24,000 nt of DNA from Acidobacteriota bacterium (GTDB taxonomy: Bacteria > Acidobacteriota > Terriglobia > Versatilivoradales > Versatilivoraceae): contig VXMN01000345.1 in assembly GCA_009841055.1 (NCBI GenBank), forward strand, positions 3,051 to 27,050. Direction: 5' to 3'. Below the pieces are notes generated by a model that saw only the letters and a list, made by a program, of their open reading frames with translations, did no database searches and was not told the origin of the DNA. Made by a program: the position numbers and the translations under genes. Positions 15,535 through 24,000 of this stretch are shown here, in pieces (within the stretch, counting starts at the first letter, position 1; the number at the start of each line of letters is the position of its first letter).

Positions 15535-17913
15535 ATGGCACTGATCCCTTTCGCCAACAGAATCAAGCAGGGACTGGTCTCGGTTCTCCATTCGGGAAGC
15601 GGGCCCAATGAACGCCCGCTCCTGGGCAAGCACAACCAGAGCAACATTTCGGGTTTCTTCGTCATCGGCGACCTGGCCGGCGCCCCCGTCATCAAGTCTG
15701 CCATGGCCCAGGGTTTCGAGGTGGTGGAGCACATCGCCTTCCTGCCGGGTGCGGTCGGAGGCGACGACCCCGAGCTGCTGGACCTGCTGATCGTCGGCGC
15801 TGGAGCTGCCGGCCTCAACGCGGCCCTGCAGGCAGACGAGCGCGGCATGCGCTACCTCCTGCTGGAAAAGGAACAGATCGCCAATACTATCGAGAACTTC
15901 CCCGAGGGCAAATGGGTCTACGCGGAACCGGACAGCCACCCCCCCAAAGGCAAGCTCTGGCTGGACGGGGCCACCAAGGAAGACCTGGTGCGCCGCTGGC
16001 ACCAGATCATCACCGACCACCAATTGAATCTCCACACCCGTGAACCGGTGACCGGCTGCCGGAAAAAGGCCGGCATCTTCGAGGTGTCGACCCCCAAGGC
16101 AACCTATCGGGCCAAGCGGGTGGTGCTGGCCACCGGTCAGCGCGGGAACCCGCGCAAGCTCAAGGTGCCCGGGGAAGATCGCGAGCCCGTCTACCACCGG
16201 CTCTACTCACCCAGAAAATACAGGAACGAAAACCTGCTGGTAGTGGGGGGCGGCAACAGCGCCGTCGAGGCGGCGATCACGCTGAGCGAGCAAAACCGGG
16301 TCTTACTTTCCTATCGAGGCGACACCTTCAGCCGCATCTTCAAGGACAACGAACGGCAGCTCGCACAGGCGGTTCAGGAAAACCGGGTGGAGCTTCTGCT
16401 CAACTCCAACGTGACTGAATTCGGGGAGGGAGAAGCCGAACTCACCGTTGAGGAGAACGGTTCCCGGCAAGAACGCAAGGTTCCCTATGACCACGCCTTC
16501 GTCTTGATCGGGGCCGACGTGCCACGGCGTTTCCTGAAGTCCCTGGGGCTGAGGATGGAAAACGAATGGGAGGGGAGCCTGCTCCGGGCGGCGGGCCTGA
16601 CGCTGCTCGGGCTGGCTGGGGCCTGGATATTCGGCGCCCACCAGGGCGGCCAGGCCCGCCTGGCGGGCCTTGATCTGTCGCTGATCCCTTCCTGGGCAGG
16701 AATCCTGGCCTGGGCCCTGAGCTTGGGCCTGCTGATCAAGCATGGAGTTCAGAGAGACCGCTTCGCCTGGCTGGGACTCTCCTTTTTCGTCTGGTACACG
16801 GTTTACGGCGCCAAGCTGGGCACAGGCCAGGAGTTCTGGCCCTACAAGGACTGGGGATATCGCTTCCTCTCTCTGGCCGATCGACCCTGGGCCTTCTGGT
16901 ACACCGTCCTCTACACCCTGCTGATGACCGCCTTCGGGCTGGAAGCCGTGAAGCGCTGGGGACTCGACCGTAAAGACAAGTTTCAAATCTGGCGCTACGT
17001 CTCTCTCTTGAGCTTCCAGTGGATCTTCTTCTTCCTCGTACCCGAGTTCCTGTTTCAATCCGCGGTGAAACACCAGTGGATCGGTTCGCAGTTGGCTTCC
17101 GATCCGACCTTTGCCGAACAGGCCTGGCGCAGCTACGGCATCGTCTACGCCTGGCCCCTGTTCTTCTACACCTTCTTCTACGATCCCCACCAGATCTGGG
17201 TGGTCTGGGGAGTCCTGCTGACCTTTGTGCTGATTCCGATCCTGGTGCTCTTCCAGGGCAAGCGCTACTGCTCCTGGATCTGCGGATGCGGGGGGCTGGC
17301 CGAGACCTTCGGCGACCGCTGGCGCCACCTGGCGCCCAAGGGCAAGGCCTCCATTCGCTGGGAGTGGATGAATACGGCCGTGCTGATCGCGGCCGTGGCG
17401 GTGACCGTCCTGGTCCTGATCAAGGACGCCTACGGTGTGCTGGCGGCTGAGGCCGATCTGAGCATTCACCTCTACCGGCTCTACGCCGATGTCTGGCTGG
17501 TGGGCATCCTGCCCGTTACCCTCTACCCCTTCCTGGGCGGCAAGGTCTGGTGCCGTTATTGGTGCCCGCTGGCCAAGCTGATGCAGATCCAGTCCAAATT
17601 CTTTACCCGGCTGCGCTGGAGCCGGTTCAGGATCAAGTCAAACGACAAGTGCATCGGCTGCAACGAATGCTCCCGCAACTGCCAGGTCGGCATCGACGTG
17701 ATGTCTTTCGCTTTGAAGCAGGAGACCATCGACAACCGCGAGACCTCATGCATCGGCTGCGGCATCTGCGTGACGGCCTGTCCCATGGACGTGCTGTCGT
17801 TCGGTCCGCTGGTTCAGATCAGCCTGCCGGAAAACGGCGCCCTGCCCCCCCATTCCCCACCGGCTGCCGGATCCCGGCCGGAGACAATGGCCGGCGGCCA
17901 CGGGTCTCATTAA
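15535..17913 (+). CDS. Fusion protein: TrxR-like FAD/NAD(P)-binding oxidoreductase, about 9-TM NapH/NosR-like membrane domain with CX3CP-type motifs, and a C-terminal 2x[4Fe-4S] ferredoxin
   Basis: 'DLLIVGAGAAGLNAAL' (FAD GxGxxG), 'VVLATGQRGNPRKLKVPGED', 'LLVVGGGNSAVEAAITL' (NAD(P) GxGxxA). Multiple hydrophobic helices. 'CSWICGCGGLAE' and 'KVWCRYWCPLAKL' are NapH-like. 'CIGCNECSRNC' (17650-17682) and 'CIGCGICVTACP' (17749-17784) are ferredoxin-type. ATG at 15535 has GAGGAG 9 nt upstream; the track start at 15517 is a TTG. Confidence 0.8.
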   Translation: MALIPFANRIKQGLVSVLHSGSGPNERPLLGKHNQSNISGFFVIGDLAGAPVIKSAMAQGFEVVEHIAFLPGAVGGDDPELLDLLIVGAGAAGLNAALQADERGMRYLLLEKEQIANTIENFPEGKWVYAEPDSHPPKGKLWLDGATKEDLVRRWHQIITDHQLNLHTREPVTGCRKKAGIFEVSTPKATYRAKRVVLATGQRGNPRKLKVPGEDREPVYHRLYSPRKYRNENLLVVGGGNSAVEAAITLSEQNRVLLSYRGDTFSRIFKDNERQLAQAVQENRVELLLNSNVTEFGEGEAELTVEENGSRQERKVPYDHAFVLIGADVPRRFLKSLGLRMENEWEGSLLRAAGLTLLGLAGAWIFGAHQGGQARLAGLDLSLIPSWAGILAWALSLGLLIKHGVQRDRFAWLGLSFFVWYTVYGAKLGTGQEFWPYKDWGYRFLSLADRPWAFWYTVLYTLLMTAFGLEAVKRWGLDRKDKFQIWRYVSLLSFQWIFFFLVPEFLFQSAVKHQWIGSQLASDPTFAEQAWRSYGIVYAWPLFFYTFFYDPHQIWVVWGVLLTFVLIPILVLFQGKRYCSWICGCGGLAETFGDRWRHLAPKGKASIRWEWMNTAVLIAAVAVTVLVLIKDAYGVLAAEADLSIHLYRLYADVWLVGILPVTLYPFLGGKVWCRYWCPLAKLMQIQSKFFTRLRWSRFRIKSNDKCIGCNECSRNCQVGIDVMSFALKQETIDNRETSCIGCGICVTACPMDVLSFGPLVQISLPENGALPPHSPPAAGSRPETMAGGHGSH

Positions 17914-18000
17914 CGGGAGTCACCCGGTCTCCGACCCAATACCCGATAGTCCCCGAGCCGTCACCGGCCCTCGAGCGTCACGCCCCCGCAGATCACAGTG

Positions 18001-19694
<1,694 letters not shown>

Positions 19695-19715
19695 TCAATA
19701 TAGCGCGTTGTTCAT

Positions 19716-20062
19716 AAAAGAGTTATCCACGAAGGAACACGAAGAACGACGAAGGGCCACGAAGAAAAAACAAATGAGGTGTTTGCCGAATTCGGAAGCA
19801 GGACCCTTGCCGGGAATGGCCACAAAAGGCACAAAAACACAAAAGGAGCGAAACGAAATCAAGAAATCATTTTGTGCCTTTTGTGCTTTTTGTGGTGAAT
19901 CTGAAATTCTCACCAGGTCGCATCCGATATTGAAAAGGGGGACGTGAGTAGGGGACGTTGCACTTGTTCCCTTCCCAACCTTGGGCGGATTCCTCTCAAA
20001 CCACCTCCAACCCCTTAGTGGCCCTTCGTCGTTCTTCGTGTCCCTTCGTGGATATCTTTTTT
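19716..20062. repeat. A/T-rich nested inverted-repeat (MITE/REP-like) element built from short CACRAARG repeats
   Basis: The outer 36-nt arms, 19725-19760 (ATCCACGAAGGAACACGAAGAACGACGAAGGGCCAC) and 20018-20053 (GTGGCCCTTCGTCGTTCTTCGTGTCCCTTCGTGGAT), are reverse complements at 35/36 positions. The inner arms are 19820-19846 (CCACAAAAGGCACAAAAACACAAAAGG) and 19870-19895 (TTTTGTGCCTTTTGTGCTTTTTGTGG). They can pair over about 24 bp with one bulge and a loop of about 23 nt. The region is visibly more A/T-rich than its flanks. Confidence 0.8.
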
Positions 20063-20104
20063 CGTTCTGAGGCACAGCTTCACTAAATTCCCGACCGAGC
20101 CGTT

Positions 20105-21298
20105 TCAGGATCCGGCCTGACACCCAATCTCAGTCAGACTACCCACCAGCTCGTCGATCTGAGCCTCCGAGTGGCTGGCCGTCACCGTAATCCGCAACCG
20201 ACTGGTGCCCGGCGGCACGGAAGGGGGCCGGATGGCCGCCACCAGGAACCCCCGATCCAGGAGTCGTTGACTGACCTGCAGCGCACGTTCCTCCGAACCC
20301 AACAGCACCGGGAAGATGGAGGTCCGCCCTTGGCTGCAGCCAAGACCATGCCGCGCCAGCCGACTGCGCATCCGTTGCATGTTGCTCCGCAGATTTTCCC
20401 GAACCTTCGACGGAGGGCGAATCAGCTCCAGGCCGGCCAGGGCGGCCCCGAGGACGGCCGGTGGCAGGGCGGTCGCAAAAATAAAGGGCCGGCACCTGTT
20501 GATCAGGTAGTCCCGCATGGAAGCCGAACAGGCCACGAACCCGCCGAAGGATCCCAGGGCCTTGCTCAGGGTGCCCATCAGCAACTCGATTTCCTCCGGA
20601 CGCGCCTTCCCTCCATCCTGGAAATGCTCCACCAGGCCGCCTCCCCGGGATCCCAAGACCCCGGTGGCGTGGGCTTCGTCCAACATCAGCCGGCAATCGT
20701 AACGCCTGCACAGGCTGACCAGACCCGGCAGATCGGCCAGATCGCCTTCCATGCTGAAGACCGAATCGGAAACCACCAGCCGGCGCCCGGGGCCGCTGCA
20801 GTCCTTCAGCAGCTCCTCCAGATGGTCCAGGTCGTTGTGCCTGAAGACAACGGAGGCAGCGCGGCTGAGGCGGCAACCGTCCACAATGGATCCGTGATTG
20901 AGCGCATCGCTGAAGATGTGATCTCCGGGGCCGACCAGGCTGGAGAGCAGGCCCAGGTTGGCGCTGAAGCCGGAAGCAAAGGTCAGGGCCGCCTCCTTGC
21001 CTTTCAGGTCGGCCAATGCCGCCTCCAGCTCTTCATGCAGATCCGAATTGCCGCAGATGAGCCTGGAGCTGCTTGCCGAGGCGCCCGCCCTCGCAATGGC
21101 CCGGGTGGCCCCCTCCGTGACCGCGGCGTGCTGTGACAGGCCCAGGTAGTCGTTGCTGGAGAAGTTGACCAGCCGCCGGCCCCGAAATTCAACCAGCGGG
21201 CTCTCTCGAGCGAAGATTCTCCTGAGCGCGCGGCGCCGGTCCAGCGACTCCAGCCGGCTCAGCTCCCCTTCCACAAACTGGTTCCAGTCCTGGCTCAT
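20105..21298 (-). CDS. bioF: 8-amino-7-oxononanoate synthase
   Basis: 'LVNFSSNDYLGLSQH', 'ASGFSANLGLL', 'MLDEAHATGVLG', PLP-Lys 'GTLSKALGSFGGFV'. The start overlaps the upstream stop (ATGA at 21295-21298). Confidence 0.9.
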   Translation of the reverse strand: MSQDWNQFVEGELSRLESLDRRRALRRIFARESPLVEFRGRRLVNFSSNDYLGLSQHAAVTEGATRAIARAGASASSSRLICGNSDLHEELEAALADLKGKEAALTFASGFSANLGLLSSLVGPGDHIFSDALNHGSIVDGCRLSRAASVVFRHNDLDHLEELLKDCSGPGRRLVVSDSVFSMEGDLADLPGLVSLCRRYDCRLMLDEAHATGVLGSRGGGLVEHFQDGGKARPEEIELLMGTLSKALGSFGGFVACSASMRDYLINRCRPFIFATALPPAVLGAALAGLELIRPPSKVRENLRSNMQRMRSRLARHGLGCSQGRTSIFPVLLGSEERALQVSQRLLDRGFLVAAIRPPSVPPGTSRLRITVTASHSEAQIDELVGSLTEIGCQAGS

Positions 21299-24000
21299 TG
21301 CAAGGCGGCTTCGGGACCGGCGATCACAGTGGCCGCGCGGTCGAGCAGCAACCGGGTTCTGGAGACATCGATCACCTGATCCACCGTCACCCCATGGACC
21401 CGCTCCAGCCAGTCCCGCAGGGCGTCTTCACCGGGATCGAACCACTCGGCCTGTGTCAGGGCCGCCGTCATACCGCTGTTGGAGGAGAGGCCGACCATCA
21501 TCCGATTGAGCAGAAAATTCTTGGCGGCGGCCACCTCTCCCGGGGTCACCTCCCGATCCCGCAGGTCGGCCATCTGCTCTCGAATGTAGGCAGCCACGCT
21601 CTCCAGTTCTCCCGGTCTGACGCCCAGCCGGACCATCAGGACTCCACCCTCCAGGTCGCCCCCCCCGGCGCCAAAGGGGTCGGAGGCCGGTCCCTGGGGG
21701 CTGGCGGCAGCACTTCCCAGCCGGTCTTCCTGCCCCAGAACCTGCGAGAGCACCAGCATCGGAAAGTAATCCGGGTGCCGGCGCGAAACCCCGGGCAACC
21801 CGTAGACGAGAGTCCCGTAAGAACTCCCCCGCAATCGAATGAGGTGCCGCCCGGTTCCCAGACCCGGTGCCACGGCCTCGACCGGCGGAGGCTCCGGTGC
21901 CTCCGGCGCCTGCCAGTCTCCAAAATGCTCGCTAACGGCGGACAGCACCTCCTCAACGCCCCGGTCGCTGGCCACCGACAGGATCAGCCGATTCGGCCTG
22001 TAGAATCTCTGCCGGAAGCCCTCCACGTCAGAGGGCCGCAACATCTCGACCGTCTCCGGACTGCCCTTGAGGTTCCGCCCGAACGGATGACCAAAGGGAT
22101 GGATCCTCCGTCGAAGGGCCTGCTCGGCCCGGTGGGCTCCGCTGTCGGCTTCCAGGCGGAGTTCGTTGAGGACCACTCCCCTTTCCCGGCGGAAATCGCT
22201 CTCCGAGACGACGGGACTTCGGACCATTCGGGCCGCGGAGGCCAACGCCGCGGCGAGATCCCCACCTCTTCCCTGCAGGTGGACCGCCGTCGCCAGATAG
22301 TTTGTCTCTATACCGACGGAGAGTCCTGACGACTCGATGGATGCCGCCGGGGACGGAGCCTGGTCGGCGCCGTCCAGCAACAATTGTCCGCTGAGATGAG
22401 CCAGCCCCGCCCTGTCGTCATCGTCACTCGCCGCGCCGGCCTTGAAGGTCAAGCGCAGGCTGAAGCTCTCCCGGGCCGGGTGACTTGTAATCCATACCAC
22501 CGTTCCATTGCCCAGCACCTGGCGCCTGGTGGTCCAGGATTCCGGCAGGGGTCGTCGCAGCCGGTTCGACGGCAACAAGGGCCTCGGCTCGGCGGCCAGG
22601 GAAGCTCGACTCACGGACGCCGCTCCAGCGGCAAGGCGGCCGGCCACCTGCGCCACCGGAAACATCGCGCCGTGACCGGGCGGACCCAAAACGGGCCGGG
22701 CCGGAGGCGGGGTCGGAGCGACCCTGTTTGTTCCTTGTCTCCCCGAAACGGGATCGATGGCGCCGGCAGCGAGTTTTTCGACCCCAATGACCGGGGTTTC
22801 GGGCCGAGGAAGAAACCAGCCTACCGTGCGCGCCTCCTTGGAAAAAATCCGCCGCGCCACCCGCTGCAAGTCCGACCTGGAAACCCCGTCGATCTTCTCC
22901 TCCATGCGCTGCAGAACCTGGAAGCTGGCGATGGATTCGAAAGTTCCCAGTTGGTGAGCCAGCTTGCCGGCGGAGTTCCGGTCCAGAAGAAATCGTGTCT
23001 TGATCTGCTTCCGGGCCCGCTCCAGGTCGTCATCGGAAATTTCACCGCCCCTGAGACGCTCCAGTTCATGGTCCAGCATCTCCTCGGCCAGTTCGAAATG
23101 GGAGCCGTCGGGAAGCGTCACCAACAACTTGTAGAGGTACGGGTGACGAGTGGCATGCAGGCTGGAGTGGACATGAGTGGCGATCTCGGAATCCACCAGG
23201 GCCCGGTACAGACGCGAGGTCCTGGCGGCGCTCTCCTGCAGGGGTTGCAGACCTATGGTCCGGCCCTTGGCCCGACACAGGATGGCGTCCAGGACCCACA
23301 ACCCGTGCAGATCGCTCTGGTGGATGCCGGGCGCCCGAAATGCCATCTGCAAGTAGGGGACACTACCAGGTCCGGTCAGGCGCAGCCGGCGTTCGCCCTG
23401 CTGCTCCGGCTCCGACAGCGGCACCCGGGGCGGAGCCGGTCCTCGGGGAATGACTCCGAATCGGCGACGGACCGCCCCCATGGCCCGCTCCCTGTCAAAA
23501 TCGCCGACCAGAACCAGAATGGCGTTGGCGGCCGTGTAGTAGCGGCGGTAGTGGTCCCAAAGCCGGCTGGCGCTCATCTGCTCCACGTCCGGGACCCATC
23601 CCCCGGCCGGCCAGCGGTAGGGGTGCCGTTTCAGGGCCGTCGTCGCCACCTCCCAGTCCAAAGCCAGTCGGGAATCATCCTCTCGCCGCAACAGCTCGGC
23701 GATTACCAGACCCCGTTCCAGCTCGATCCGGCCGGACTCGAAGCGTTCGTGCCGCAGGGGCCGGGCTGCCAGTTCGAGCAGGGCGTCCAGGTCACTCTTA
23801 ACCACCGAAGCAAAGTAGGCGGTCTGGTCCAGAGAGGTGTAACCCTGCAACAGGCCGGCGGCGTGGCGGGCAATCCAGGGACGGTCGGTTGCGGCCGGCG
23901 GTTTTCCGGAGCTGAGAGTCAGGTGCTCGACAAAATGGGAGATCCCGGACGTTCCCAGCCCGGAGTCATGGGAACCCACCCGTAGCCAGAGTCCCACCGA
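21295..24000 (-). CDS. Fused tandem M16 (pitrilysin/insulinase) zinc peptidase, PqqL-like; 5' end outside the window
   Basis: Active-site 'GISHFVEHL' (HxxEH) near the window edge and a downstream 'LERGLVIAELLRRED' Glu region. The second M16 unit has a degenerate motif 'GLAHLSGQLLLDG'. A Pro-rich linker sits in the middle. The reading frame is still open at base 24000; the track 'M' at 23997 is a GTG (internal Val). Confidence 0.85.
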   Translation of the reverse strand, partial: SVGLWLRVGSHDSGLGTSGISHFVEHLTLSSGKPPAATDRPWIARHAAGLLQGYTSLDQTAYFASVVKSDLDALLELAARPLRHERFESGRIELERGLVIAELLRREDDSRLALDWEVATTALKRHPYRWPAGGWVPDVEQMSASRLWDHYRRYYTAANAILVLVGDFDRERAMGAVRRRFGVIPRGPAPPRVPLSEPEQQGERRLRLTGPGSVPYLQMAFRAPGIHQSDLHGLWVLDAILCRAKGRTIGLQPLQESAARTSRLYRALVDSEIATHVHSSLHATRHPYLYKLLVTLPDGSHFELAEEMLDHELERLRGGEISDDDLERARKQIKTRFLLDRNSAGKLAHQLGTFESIASFQVLQRMEEKIDGVSRSDLQRVARRIFSKEARTVGWFLPRPETPVIGVEKLAAGAIDPVSGRQGTNRVAPTPPPARPVLGPPGHGAMFPVAQVAGRLAAGAASVSRASLAAEPRPLLPSNRLRRPLPESWTTRRQVLGNGTVVWITSHPARESFSLRLTFKAGAASDDDDRAGLAHLSGQLLLDGADQAPSPAASIESSGLSVGIETNYLATAVHLQGRGGDLAAALASAARMVRSPVVSESDFRRERGVVLNELRLEADSGAHRAEQALRRRIHPFGHPFGRNLKGSPETVEMLRPSDVEGFRQRFYRPNRLILSVASDRGVEEVLSAVSEHFGDWQAPEAPEPPPVEAVAPGLGTGRHLIRLRGSSYGTLVYGLPGVSRRHPDYFPMLVLSQVLGQEDRLGSAAASPQGPASDPFGAGGGDLEGGVLMVRLGVRPGELESVAAYIREQMADLRDREVTPGEVAAAKNFLLNRMMVGLSSNSGMTAALTQAEWFDPGEDALRDWLERVHGVTVDQVIDVSRTRLLLDRAATVIAGPEAALQ

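Noticed and set aside
19725-20053. Possible CRISPR array or BirA (bioO) operator in the repeat-rich bio spacer.
   Set aside because: The repeat units are only about 8-10 nt, are contiguous, and are arranged as inverted arms without spacers, so this is not CRISPR-like. I found no TGTAAACC/GGTTTACA-type BirA half-sites and no BioQ- or BioR-like palindromes.

Overview
High-GC (roughly 60-65% by eye) bacterial chromosomal window with about 18 protein-coding genes. I recognised no rRNA, tRNA, CRISPR array, transposase, integrase or known defence gene. All calls come from reading the supplied translations for family motifs and checking start and stop codons and Shine-Dalgarno (ribosome-binding site, RBS) spacing by hand; no database search was possible.

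Gene order:
- Plus strand, 1-3024: the 3' end of a ThiF/MoeB-type E1-like adenylyltransferase, a class-V cysteine desulfurase, an archaeal-type aspartate-semialdehyde dehydrogenase (Asd), and a 91-aa CysO/MoaD-like sulfur-carrier protein ending in GG.
- Minus strand, about 8657 down to 3108: an apparent operon of two distantly paralogous secreted TIM-barrel proteins that look GHL10/DUF187-like (one lipoprotein-like, one Tat-exported), a GAF-GGDEF diguanylate cyclase, and MazG.
- 8911-12233: an orphan family-5 solute-binding protein lying tail-to-tail with an M3 oligoendopeptidase.
- 12450-14668: rpiB and pgi.
- 14835-17913: a small membrane protein with two zinc-binding-like cysteine clusters, followed by a roughly 790-aa fusion of a TrxR-like flavoprotein with a NapH-like polytopic iron-sulfur membrane domain.
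- Minus strand, 24000 down to 18001: a fused double M16 peptidase (5' end outside the window), bioF, a roughly 330-bp A/T-rich nested palindromic repeat element, bioD, and nfo.

Most noteworthy:
1. The sulfur-carrier relay cluster with asd embedded in it, which may mark a thiocarboxylate-dependent route from the aspartate pathway to homocysteine/methionine. The acceptor enzyme is not in the window.
2. The MITE-like structured element, built from CACRAARG short repeats, inserted between bioF and bioD.
3. The flavoprotein/NapH-like fusion, whose FAD 'GD' motif appears to be circularly permuted.
4. The linkage of the secreted paralog pair to c-di-GMP synthesis.

I found no clear novel multi-gene 'system' such as a defence island. 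The items above are hypotheses, not demonstrations.
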